NCBI GenBank assembly: GCA_964247055.1
Contig: OZ176055.1
Span: forward strand, 806,001 to 870,000
DNA: 64,000 bases
Source: Paragordius varius
Taxonomy: Eukaryota > Animalia > Nematomorpha
Direction: 5' to 3'
Part shown: positions 52,707 through 64,000 of the stretch, one piece after another
Layout: the number at the start of each line of letters is the position of its first letter
Position numbering within the stretch: the first letter of the stretch is position 1
The notes under the pieces: generated by a model
Databases searched by the model: none
Seen by the model: the letters and a program-made list of their open reading frames with translations, nothing else
What the model was told of the DNA's origin: nothing
Made by a program: the position numbers and the translations under genes

Positions 52707-53976
52707 TATATAAAAATACGCCTAAAATGCATTTTAGATCAGTTTTTCAGAATAACGTAAAAAACAATTTACAATTGATTTTGGCCTCAGTATGGTTTTT
52801 AGGTTGTGAGATTGGCTTAGCACTAATAGTTCCTTATTATCATTTTCAAATATCAATAACTTTTAGGTGTGACACACCCAAAAAATATTTACATATAATT
52901 AATTAATAGCGATTAGAAAGGTAGAAAAAAGAAATTATTAGGATTGGAGACATGTGTAAGGAAATTACCTAATTATTACATAATGATTATACTGCATAAA
53001 ATTAACCACAAAAATTATGCTTTGATAATCAATTAATGGTAATCTTTACAAATTCGTTTTATATGATGGAATTTAATAAATTCAATAGTGCCAATATAAA
53101 TATTATCGTAATAATTTTTATTCTGATTCAGGTAAAACTTTATTTATTATTACCACAAAAATTTGTAAAAGTTAGTGTAATTTCCACGATTCACAGTAAG
53201 ATTTAAAATTATACGGATCCAACGCAAAATATGAGGATATATTTTTTAAAAAGACCGCTGACTCTTTTAACTTATAAATTGCAATGTATGAAAAATAAGA
53301 TTATTGGTAACACAATCATTTATGTAATATACAGTTGTTGTGAATAAATAATTTATATAGGTAAAGGTTTATAAAAGTATGATTAGTTGCCTTTTAAAGA
53401 AAAAAAAATATTTGTCTTTATATGTTAAATTCATTTTTTCCTGTAAATGCAATTCCCCTTTTAGTCGATTAGCATGTGTTCAGCTTGGTTCGATGGGTTC
53501 CCCTTTCACAGGGAAGACTTAGATAATTTGCCTTCCTTGCAACAATTATATGTGCCTAGGATAAAAAGTATTTAATTTATACTCTTCAACAACTCTTTTG
53601 ATTTAAAATTAGAATTTATTTCGGTTATTTTTTCCACACATAAACCCAAATGTAATAAAACTTATCCTCAATGTTTTTTCAAGGCTCTTTGTGGGATTCG
53701 TTCCCATTAACAATAATATTTTGTTAAAAAAGTGTTAAAAGTTAAATAGGTTATTCTGCAACATCCGAATAATATATTTAAAAACATTTTAAAATAACTT
53801 ATATATATATATATATATATCTATATATATATATATTGCTACATTTTGATTAAATATTGTCAGATTGCATTTACAGTAAAGAACATTCTTATTATTGGTT
53901 TATAGTTGGTGCATAGATAGTATCAAAGTATTTTTTCCGCTTTTTCTTGATATTCATCAATAATATTTCTTCTTAG

Positions 53977-54378
53977 TGTGTAAATTCTTTGCCATATGTA
54001 TTAAATTATAACCTAGAAATTGAAGTGTTATGTCATAACTCAATCACAACTATAAAACTTGATTTTGAGTTACCGGCTTACGGAACCCTGACATATTTCA
54101 ATGTTAATTTAAGTTCTGCAACGAATATTCAACCCAAAACAATGGCAGAGCAAAGAAGGCAGCTGATAGATGAATCCTTTCGAGATGCCAACATTGGAAA
54201 AAGTTTTAACTTACTAAATGGGGATAACAAGAAAAATAAAAATGCACGGCTAAGCAATCGAATAGATAATTTCTTGAATCATAAATGCGGTTTCAGGTTT
54301 CGGGGACAAAGACGGATAATTAAAAGTTTTCGAAACACTTTTTGTGGATACTATCCGGACACAAATAGCCAACAAGAG
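53977..54378 (+). CDS. Exon of an unidentified plus-strand gene (likely further exons at about 53465-53568, 53613-53731 and 54427-54456)
   Basis: 134 open codons bounded by TTCTTAG| and GAG|GTTTAA; the opposite-strand frames are closed; the next intron has a TACTAAT branch site. The full structure is unresolved and I recognise no domain. Confidence 0.5.
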
Positions 54379-55255
54379 GTTTAATTATTTTTTAATCCCC
54401 CTTGTACTAATGATTTTTTGGATTTAGATTATAAAAATTCTTGATTGCGAGTTTTAAATCGGTTAGCACAATCATATAAACGGATATTTAAATAATTTTA
54501 TATAAAACTTGATCGATGGTTTAAAATGATAGTAATATAATGAAAAAATATCTTTTTTAATCATTTAAATTTTATATGATTATTAAGATTATATATTTAT
54601 ATCATGGCATCGAATTTATTTTAGCTGATATTTCCTTGATATTTACAATCTCGAATTGTATTCGAATCCAACCCTATGATTGTTTAAAAAACACCAAAAA
54701 AATATATAACAGAATTATTTTATTAAAAAATTAAGACAACAACATTTCATCCAATAAACTTTTAACTTACTGGATTGCATTGAATACGATAAATTCTCTA
54801 AAATTCTTAAACTAATTAATCTTAAGATTTATATACAGTCGGCCAGCGCATTTTAAGATGTAATCAAGGGTTTTTGATTTAATTTGAATATCACCAATTT
54901 TAAAGGTATCGTTTTAGTTGAATATACCACTCCTATTAACTTTCTTGTGGTTAATTTATACACTTTCAACTAAGCATTATGGACCAAATAAAATAAAATT
55001 TTATTATTTTTTAAATTTTTTCGAATATATCAAAATATATAGATATATATAGTATATGAAAAACAAATATTAATTATACAAATTTTTTTATTTTTTTCCC
55101 CCAAAATAATAAAATGATAAAATTGAGCATGTAATCGGGTTTAATTAAAACTTTTTTTAAACAATGAATAAAAAACTTGGTTTCAAATCAATTAAAAAAT
55201 AAAATAAGGTCGAAATGCATTTAAAAATTAACATTAATCTATAGCTCAAAATATA

Positions 55256-55520
55256 CAGTAAAAACTGAAATTATACGGACAACAAATATTTTTTTTAAAA
55301 AAACAGCCATACTTTTTAAAACCTTAAATTTGCTATATAAATATTTAAGTACAATCCTAAACTACATAATTGATTGTGCTAACCATTTACATTTCTATAT
55401 ATTTTCCAGTGTTAAACAATCAATTATATTTAAACCAAGATTCAAAAAAATTGGTTGTCTTTTGAAAATATGATTGTCTGTATATTTTTACGTTTTGTCC
55501 ATCCGTATAATTTAAATATA
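55256..55520. mobile_element. R3 MITE
   Basis: TA|CAGTAAAAACTGAAATTATACGGAC...GTCCGTATAATTT. Confidence 0.8.
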
Positions 55521-55696
55521 TTATATAACATAATTTATTTCTAATGTTTTATATAATTTATTTTAAGGATAGAATGCGACTCTACAAAATCTCATATATA
55601 AATGGCGAGGAGAAATACATTAATACCATGTGTGCTAATAAATAAATTACTTTATAATACCTTGGACCAATATCCGATACAATTTAATGGCGCTTA

Positions 55697-57655
55697 TTAT
55701 TTTGATGGAGGATTTATATTGTATTCCTGGCAGAATGTCAAAAATTCATTTTTCTCACTAATATATATATCATTTACAGTTCAAATTGACCCTCAAACAA
55801 TTCTAATTCCCCCTTGAACAATTCAAATTAATCCTTAAACAATTTAAATTCACCCTTGAACAAATTCGAATACACCCTTGAACAATTCAAATTCACCCTT
55901 AAACAATTCAAATTTACACAAATAAAAATAAATTATGTGTTTTCGAACCAATATAACTCATTGTAATAAATATATACAGATTTATGGCGCATAATTTATT
56001 ATTTTTTTAATATATTGATTAAAAACAAAATTTTTTAAAAAAACCTTTAAATATATAAGTAATTTATAATCTTAAAAAACATATAATTTATTTTTAGGGT
56101 AAATTCGAATTGTAAATGGTTTATGAAAATAAGATTACATACATAATAAGTTACATAAATATTCTCTTACTGTAAACGCAGCAATAATGCTATATTGGCG
56201 TGACTTTTAACATTTTTTTCGCATATAATTTCCACGATTTTATCCAATTTGGATTTGGCATATTCAATGAAATTAGTTTGATGTTGGCTTAAGGAATTTA
56301 TCACATCTATAAAAATTGTAAAAAGAAAATATAAAATTTATATATCAAAAAGCGATAAATATAGATTGTAATAATTAAAACACTTGCCAAACTAAATATT
56401 TCTATATATTTAAAAAGCTTTTTATTTGCTTTTTTGTGCTATGAATAATTAGCAAAAAGATATTTTAAAAGCCCGTTAAATTTTATAAATCAGATTCTAT
56501 AAAAGTTTTTTAAAACCTAATTTATAAAATCCATCCGTAAAATCGTTTCATTTTTAATTTTTTAAGGAAATTTTTTTTTCTTACCTTGTGATTTAAGGCG
56601 TGAGTCTTTATTTTCAATTTTCGTGGTTTGATAAGAATTAACATCTTGTACAATAGCTTTTATTTCAACATTAGTATCCCATAAACTATTTTGAAATGCA
56701 AAAAAATATTGATATAGTTTTTTTAAATTTATTTCTAAAAAATACTATTTATAAATGTAAAAAAATGTTGTGATTCGGTTAAAAAAAGAAAAAGCTTAAT
56801 TTGATATAACAATTAAATTGAAATTACAATTCAAAGTTTTTATATAAAAACTGGGCTTAAAATAAATTTTTTTAACGAATATAGAGAGTATAAATATCTA
56901 ATAAAATAAAAGTAATGTCCAATAAAATATATATTTTGGTGCTTTAAAAATTGTTTTATTAATAAAAAATATTTTTTAAAAATCAATTACTCACTTTTCT
57001 GAGAACATATTTTTATCAATTTGATTGGAGTAATTTTGTATGGTTTGTGATATGATCGGATAATTTAATGAGATATCTTGCAAATTATTAAGTAAATTTG
57101 ATATATTGGATGTATCTAGGTCTGTCATTGCTAAATCTTTTAACAAATCATCGCAACATTTTAACAATTCCATGTTTTGTGCAAAAACACTTTCGACATT
57201 ATCGTTTAAAAGTATTGACTTCTATCATTAAAGTAATTTATACCTGATTATTCAAAAAATCAATGTTTAAATTTTTATCCAACCTGCTTAAACTAGATCC
57301 AGAAGATTCCTTGGATAATTTAAAAGCAGAATTTATAAGCTTCATTAAGTCTTCCTAATATTTACATCATAATATAAACTTTTTCGCTTTTATGGCAATT
57401 TGCCTCGGTAGTTGCGGTCAATTCATTAATTAATTCCATAATTTGTTTGTCATAATTTTTATGAAGATCACTAACTAGATTGCTTATAATCGTATCATCA
57501 ACATTTTTCGCAATCAAACCCTAAAAATAAAAATTTGTTTTGACTTGTATTAAAAGTTCAAAGCTATTAGATTCTTTAGGTAACTTATTCAAAGCACTGA
57601 TGTCTCTTAAATCACTCAGAAGAGAAGTCAAAATTTTTATATTTATATCGCACAT
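55697..57655 (-). CDS. Unidentified, apparently helical protein, about 330 aa, 8 exons, with introns of 24, 25, 22, 97, 107, 278 and 413 nt
   Basis: Exons 57655-57545, 57520-57380, 57354-57244, 57221-56995, 56897-56852, 56744-56585, 56306-56171, 55757-55697 give one ORF, MCDINIKILTSLL...EYNINPPSK*. Exon 5 is the least certain. Confidence 0.6.
55770..56119. mobile_element. R4 foldback-type element
   Basis: Makes up 350 of the 413 nt of the last intron of the minus-strand orphan gene. Confidence 0.85.
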
Positions 57656-58201
57656 TTAAATGTACCGCTATTCAATTACTTCATTTATCCGTATGATATA
57701 GAAGTCGAATCGGGAGATTAGAATATCCTAGTATCATTTTGAAATCGAAAATCTATAGAGATTATTGTTTTTGACTTTAATGAAAGTTTACACATTTTGT
57801 TAAATATATTTGGTTAAAGCCAAATCATTATATAAATATCAGTAAAATATTGCATAGACTACAGAAAAATGGAAAAAAATTTGTATAAAATTAAAAAGAT
57901 GACATTTTCAAAAAAAATTAAAATTACAGACCTGTTCAAAATGGATTATATCTCTAAAGGCGAAAGAACTGATATTGCGCAATAAATATTTGAATTGATT
58001 CTAAATTCTGACATCAAATAGGGTTTTTCGCGAAAAAAGGATTTATTTAATTAAATATTTTTAGGCATATTTTTGATGAAACGAATTTTACAATATTTTT
58101 AATGATGTACACGGGATAAAAACACTTGAACATTTTTTTATCAAATATGATGAACAAATATATAACTAAATTATAATATAAAGGCTCGTTTTATTATTTA
58201 A

Positions 58202-59712
58202 CACTTCGATTTGGGGTATTTAAATACACTAGACTAAATTTAAATTAGGATTTTTAAAAAACTACTGATGGAAACGGTCCCAATTTAAAATTATGCCTCT
58301 ATCCTGATAAAAATTATTTAAATATGCCAAAATATCTTGACAAAATTTTATTTTGAAAAAAATTCCATTTCAAACTACTTCGACGCCATTTTTATTTTAC
58401 AAAATTTTTGCAAAATATCGTCTTCATTTAATTATGAGGGTAAAACATAGGCTAATCTATATTTATAAAAATGGAAAATGCTGGCTTTGTGATCTGGTAC
58501 AGGAAAAACGGTAGACCCATTCAAATCCAAACGAAAAAATATAATCATTAATGAATGCCCCGACAATAGCTTCGCCTTTTTTTGAAATAGGCCCCCAGTT
58601 CTGGCCCACCAAGGTGAAAAAAGGTTTCTTTTTGAAAACAGAAGTCCACAAAATCGTGTCTTTGAAATAATTTTCCGAAGAACATTGTTGGACCATTCAT
58701 TTTCAAATATGATTTCTATTTAGTTATTTTCGATGCCGAACATAGTCGTCTCGCTTTTTTAACTTAGGCCCTCTATTTACCCGGTCCCCCCGTAAAATGA
58801 TACCTTTTTCAAAAAACAAAGTCCACAAAAATATTTTTTTAATCGATTTTTTGCCTACGGTATGAGACCGTAAAAATTCAATATGGATTACACGTATTCC
58901 CTGTTACTTTAAAGATAGCTGCTGGGTAAGGAGCTATCCGCGAAAAACTGACCCCTCATATCGAAATAGCATGCTTTCGGGGCTGAATTTCAGAAAACCT
59001 AATGGCCATATGAGTTCAATAGCTGCTTAAGGTATTACCCGTAAATGTCAAAAATTTTAGTCAGCGGATTTTTCGAATTAACCGTTAAATAGGCCCTTTA
59101 CTCCCTAAAAATGCGCTATTATTGAACTATTATTTAATTTTGAAACCATTCTTCCATAAACTATTAGGACTGAATGATTATTCCAGGTATAAAGGTGGCC
59201 TCTGCGTAGGGGGCTACCCGCCTACAACTGCGCATTCATATCCATACAGCATCTCTTTGGAGCCAAATTTCAGAATATGACACCATGTGAATCATTTTAA
59301 AACTTCGTGTTGCATACCAAAATTGCTTATAAAATTAAAAATGCCTCCCCCCCAGAGGTCCGAAGGACTTCCTCGGGCTGCGTAACAGCACGAGATTTAC
59401 GCTAGTTTTTAATATAAATTATATTTAACACAGATAGAAATAGAAAAAGGGGTTTACTTTGTTTTATTTTTTAATTTATTTAACACATCACGTTGACGAA
59501 ATTTTTACCTCTCGGTTTTAGCTTAAAATATGTAATATCAAATATTTTTGAATAATTTTTTTTATTAGGTTTATTAATGTTATATAAGTACAAAATTTTG
59601 CCAAGTTGACTCACTCCATAGTTTTTAAAGTATTTGATTTTAAACAGGCCTGGGGTATCCAACTACCCAAATTCAAATCGAAGGACTAAAATAAGTGTGT
59701 TGTATCCAAGTG
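58202..59712. mobile_element. R5 piggyBac-type MITE, copy 3 (interrupted by the Helitron)
   Basis: TTAA both sides; 1511 bp minus the 950-bp Helitron leaves 561 bp. Confidence 0.85.
58456..59405 (+). mobile_element. Non-autonomous Helitron, 950 bp
   Basis: 5' A|TCTATATTTATAAAAATG; 3' hairpin CTCGGGCTG-CGTAA-CAGCACGAG followed by ATTTACG-CTAG|T; inserted between A and T with no TSD. Confidence 0.88.
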
Positions 59713-59856
59713 TTAACAAAACAATGAATATCTAAATCAAAATGATTAAGTGATAGAATCTCAGCAGCATCTACGAATTTAGAAACGGTGTTTCCATATT
59801 ATTCTTTACATTTAAAATGTTTCCATCTGCTTCAAACTTGTTGAAGTGTGTTTTAA

Positions 59857-60399
59857 CACTCCGCTTCAATGTGGGGTATCTAAATTTCCCAAACTGAATT
59901 TAAGTGGGGATTTCTAAAAAACTACTGAAAGAAACGGTCCTAATTTAAATTTTTGCGTCTATCCTAATAAAAATTATATAAATATGCCAATATATCTAAC
60001 TAAATTTGATTTTGGAAAAAAAGTTCCATGTGAAACTACTTCGACGCCATTTTTATTTTACAAGATTTTTGCAAAATATGGTTTTCGTTAATTTTGAGGG
60101 AAAAATTAGAGCTAATTTTTTATTTGAATTACATCTTACATTTGTATAAATAGAAAGAGTGGTATATTTTGTATGTTTTTTAATTTTAACATTGTACACA
60201 TGCCACGTTGACTATATTTTTACCTTTGTGTTTTAGCTCAAAATAAGTAATATCATTTAATAATATATTACTGTTTATTTATATAGGTGCAAAACTTTGC
60301 CATGATTTCGATTCCCATATTTTTTAAAGAAATTAATTTCAAATGGGGTATTCAACTACCCCAATTTGAATCGCTCAATGAATATGTTGTATCCAAGTA
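59857..60399. mobile_element. R5 piggyBac-type MITE, copy 4
   Basis: Colinear with the other copies; TTAA flanks. Confidence 0.8.
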
Positions 60400-60950
60400 T
60401 TAAATATTTTTTTTAAAAAAAAGTCTATATTTTTTAAAAATATTTTTTTGATGCCACAATCTAACAGGTATTAAATCTATTTTGTTATATATAGGCTTTT
60501 TGCGTTAATTTTAAGAGATAACTAATTTAGAACGACAGAAGAATTTGCTTTTGAAGCTCCTGTCTAAATAATAATATTGATATTTTTTAGGAATATAGCA
60601 ATTAGATTCTAATGGAAAATGTTGATCAAACATAGTGGGCTAAGTTTTATTTATTCATATATAAAAACATAAACAAAACTTTAATTGGTTTCCTTATAAT
60701 TTTTATAATTAAAAGCAATATCAGAATCCTACTGCATTTTTCTTTTATTTCATCACCATTTTTTTGATTAAATATGGATTATATTTTCTGCAAAATTCTG
60801 TAAGAAATTTTTTAATATCCGTGTTAACCTGTAATAATTTTTAAAACAAATACATTTTTTTATGGATTATAAAAATTTTATTCAAAATCCCGCTAATTTC
60901 TACAATTGGCATTATTTCAATCAGATCGTATGTTTTATTGTTGATTCGCA

Positions 60951-62114
60951 ATGTCGTATGATGAGGATCAGGAATTTTCTTACAAAGAACTTGAGCCCGT
61001 TCTCAATAAATATGTCAATTTTGCCATACCACTATACATTGAAATGTTGGAAAAACATAAATATAACCTCCATAAATATCGGAAATTTTTCGACTATAAC
61101 CGTATAAATAAGGAACTTATTAATTCACGCACCACAGTATTACAATTAAAATATGAACTTGTTGAATTGGATAATCTTAAATACAAAGTAATTGACAAGG
61201 ATTATCAATTGTATGATACAAAAGTATCGGCCACCAAACAAAATGCGCTTAAAGCCTTAGCCATGTTTGATGAGTTTTTGTATGTCCTTAACTCCTTGAA
61301 TCCAACCAATATGTCAAATCAATCACATCAATCCAATGATAGTAATGGGAATGACATGAGTAAATCAGAATATACCTTAAACGCAGACGAAACATCAAAA
61401 GCTCAAACTATGCATTTAATAACACAATCTATGATTGAAAAACCAGGAATATTGGGCGATGATAGTCTCGATGATTTCGAAGCTGTATTACGTCAAAATG
61501 CTCAACAATTACAAACTTTACACAATGATTTGGATGATGTTAATTACATTTTTCGACATTTAGCCACCATAGTTGAATCCAGCGGTGAAAAAATTGATGC
61601 AATCGAAACCAAAATTGAGGACGCAACTCAAACCACGACACGCGGAATACGAAATTTGAGTCAAGCTCTAAAATTTAAAGGGACTCTTTATCCCATTATG
61701 GGAGCTGCCATAGGAACGGCTATAGGGGGTCCTGTCGGTCTGTATTGTGGTCTCAAGGTTGGAACTTTAGCGGCCCTTGGAGGAGCTGTGGTCGGTAGTC
61801 AAGGAGGTGTGTTAATCAAACGAGTCATCCTTAAACGCAGGGAAAAGAATACTGCAATGACAACCCAAATATTATCTCGAACTGCAGATAATGATGATAA
61901 TAAAAAAAATGACAAACAAGAAAAAGAGACGAATGAATTAGGGGGAAATCCTTTCATAATAGATCCTGACATCCCATCTGATACCAAAGAACTTGTAGAA
62001 AAAACGAAGGGAAAGGATTGGAAAAGCGTTTTTAGTTTTGGCCGTAATAAGAAGTCAAGTAACGCAGACGGTTCTAAACAGTTAACAATCAATAATAAAT
62101 TACACGAGGAATGA
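60951..62114 (+). CDS. Stx17: Syntaxin-17 (autophagosomal Qa-SNARE), 387 aa, single coding exon
   Basis: N-terminal LEPVLNKY..AIP...EML.KH and TVLQL match the STX17 Habc region. SNARE helix DLDDVNYIFRHLATIVESSGEKIDAIE. Gly-rich hairpin TM YPIMGAAIGTAIGGPVGLYCGLKVGTLAALGGAVVG. Confidence 0.93.
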   Translation: MSYDEDQEFSYKELEPVLNKYVNFAIPLYIEMLEKHKYNLHKYRKFFDYNRINKELINSRTTVLQLKYELVELDNLKYKVIDKDYQLYDTKVSATKQNALKALAMFDEFLYVLNSLNPTNMSNQSHQSNDSNGNDMSKSEYTLNADETSKAQTMHLITQSMIEKPGILGDDSLDDFEAVLRQNAQQLQTLHNDLDDVNYIFRHLATIVESSGEKIDAIETKIEDATQTTTRGIRNLSQALKFKGTLYPIMGAAIGTAIGGPVGLYCGLKVGTLAALGGAVVGSQGGVLIKRVILKRREKNTAMTTQILSRTADNDDNKKNDKQEKETNELGGNPFIIDPDIPSDTKELVEKTKGKDWKSVFSFGRNKKSSNADGSKQLTINNKLHEE

Positions 62115-63628
62115 TGAACATGCATTGCTCTTAATTGATACTATTGTAACAGTTTTTAATTCCCATTATTTTTATATAGAGATCATTTAAATTCGTTCTG
62201 TCTATTTATTGTCAACTAAATTTTTACGTCCATATACAAATTTATCAATTTTTAATTATTAAACATTAGTTATAGTAGTTACGCTGTTAAATAAATATCG
62301 TAATATATTTAATTTAATCTGTTTAAGTTACAAAACCTAAGGACGATTGGTAACGCTTTTTGAGTATATATATATATATATATATCTGTTTAAAATATTC
62401 AAAGATCCGCTATTAAAAAGAACATAAAATTTTTTTGAAATGAACTTGTGGACCAGTTTCAAAGCCGTTTTTAGAATAAAATATCGGAAAAATTTTCATG
62501 GCTTAATTAATTAAATTATTTTAAAAAGCTTAAAACCTCCTTATTTTTCAAACATTTTTTTATCCAATAAATTCTGCATAAAAAAATTCTAAATTATAAA
62601 CAGCCTTACTATACAATTGAGTTGTTGCTGCTTATTTCACCGAGAGGAATGTGTACATAGACTATTGAAATTTAATTTTGAATGAGCAAATTAAATGATT
62701 TAAAATTATTGCAATGCTATTTGATATGAATGAAGAGTGTCCAAAAATGTCTTAGAGCCGTTTTGGCCCAAACTAGCGGACGCACAACTAGCAATAAGTT
62801 TGACATGTCATCAAATTATTAAAATTACGATTAATTAATTATATATGATAATTAGGTGTCTTTTTTCAAAAAATATTTTTTTTATTACTTTTTGTCAGTA
62901 TATATAAATTTTTTATTGTAATATATTGAGATAAAACAAATCGGTTTGGTTTAATCTCATGTATATGAAAAGCCTTCCAATACAAGTCATTTGCTATTAT
63001 AGATTTGATTTACATAATAGATCGCCAAAAGCTTTAAAATTTAATAATATATCAATGTCCAAATCAGTTTTGTATAAATTGAAACCATATAAATATATTA
63101 AAAAAATGGGACATTTATTACAGAATTTTTTAGATAAAACATCGCGGAATAAAAAAATAGATGTTGCAATTTTTTCGCTAAAATTGCAAATAAAAAATAA
63201 ATCTTAATGGTTTTTCTCTTTAATTATAATAAAACCAATATTTTCATGTGCTAACATATTTCTTGTTAAAGCAATTTCCATACGACAAGCAATAATACTG
63301 TATATCACAATATAATACTGTAGTTATATACCTAATGAAAGTTATATATAGGTCATTTCGGTTTTTAAATGGTTAAAAACTCACATGTCTATTTCCATAT
63401 ATGCGATTTTTCGTTTTCCATTTTTTCATATTGTTGAGAAAAAATACCGTACAATTAAATATGCAATTAATAAAATAAAAAGACATGCAAATTAAATCCC
63501 TTTTTAGCCATTTGAAAACAGAAATGACTATAAAAAATCTCTCGTTGATGTACATATAGAGCGGGGGTTTTTACTGTATGTTTATAATTTATTTTTTGGA
63601 ATGTTTGTTCATTAATATTTATCTCTTA

Positions 63629-63810
63629 CAGTATGCATTTTAATGGCTGCTTATTTCAGAGTACACTATAGTAGTGCAATACAGTAGTGTATGGAAAATA
63701 GGAAAAGAAGTATTTAACATTTTGTAGTGTTTTTTCCATACATTACTATGTAACTTGCAAAATGCCCTACTATTATGGTGTAAAATTAGCAATCATTAGA
63801 CTGCATACTG
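63629..63810. mobile_element. R1 MITE
   Basis: TA|CAGTATGCATTTTAATGG...GCATACTG. Confidence 0.8.
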
Positions 63811-64000
63811 AAAAACATGCAAAATCTTTACGAAACGCTCTAAATTTTTAAATTTTATTTTTTGTTTAATATATATTTAAAAAAATCCATTTCAAATGTA
63901 ATCAACATTTTCTTTACCTAAATTTAATGGAATTAATATTCAGTAATCTTTAAAGATTCTAATTTTTCTAAACATGTTGCCAAATATTTTATAATTTTGC

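Noticed and set aside
53556-54836. Further tiny-intron candidates on the minus strand (27 nt at 53582-53556; 25 nt at 54836-54812)
   Set aside because: Each joins two short open stretches, but upstream in-frame stops without acceptors prevent a coherent gene, and the region overlaps the better plus-strand exon. Worth rechecking if 22-25-nt introns are confirmed.
19585-55520. R3/R4 as introner elements that created the introns
   Set aside because: They fill only part of each intron, do not supply GT/AG, and the EGF introns sit at the usual phase-1 module boundaries.
21512-56119. 21-bp repeats as a CRISPR array or coding repeat (NCSRVNL ORFs at 21634-21843 and the N-terminus of 44008-44514)
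   Set aside because: The units are head-to-tail with no spacers, inverted at element ends and intronic; the ORFs are read-through of the R4 TIRs.
58463-58696. 77-aa ORF in the Helitron as a captured gene
   Set aside because: No recognisable domain or splice signals; needs BLAST.
60862-62125. ORFs 60862-61107 and 61799-62125
   Set aside because: Shadows of the Stx17 CDS.

Overview
Very AT-rich (roughly three-quarters A+T by eye) genomic DNA from a bilaterian animal; not prokaryotic, and no CRISPR array. All gene models were assembled by hand from GT-AG sites and reading phase, without RNA data. From left to right: (1) about 10 kb of gene-free sequence. (2) A mir-10 gene with a perfect 5p arm but an unusually long precursor (10622-10712, minus). 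(3) A two-exon Hox5/Scr-type gene (13553-14968, minus). (4) Only 4.2 kb upstream of it, a 30-exon, about 2290-aa type I membrane protein gene of the MUC4/SUSD2/Mesh family: signal peptide, NIDO, AMOP, degenerate vWD, EGF/cbEGF array, SEA-like, 2 cbEGF, TM, tail (19180-50351, minus). The Hox cluster is therefore broken on the 5' side of Hox5. (5) A mariner relic. (6) A partly resolved plus-strand orphan gene. (7) A minus-strand orphan gene whose ORF appears to need three consecutive 22-25-nt introns. (8) An intronless syntaxin-17. Repeats include five MITE-like families (R1-R5, my labels), a Penelope relic with a hammerhead-ribozyme-like motif, and a 950-bp non-autonomous Helitron nested in a piggyBac-type MITE. 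The best leads are the ultra-short introns, the long mir-10 hairpin, the Hox break, and the apparent swap of autoproteolysis motifs for furin sites in the MUC4-like protein.
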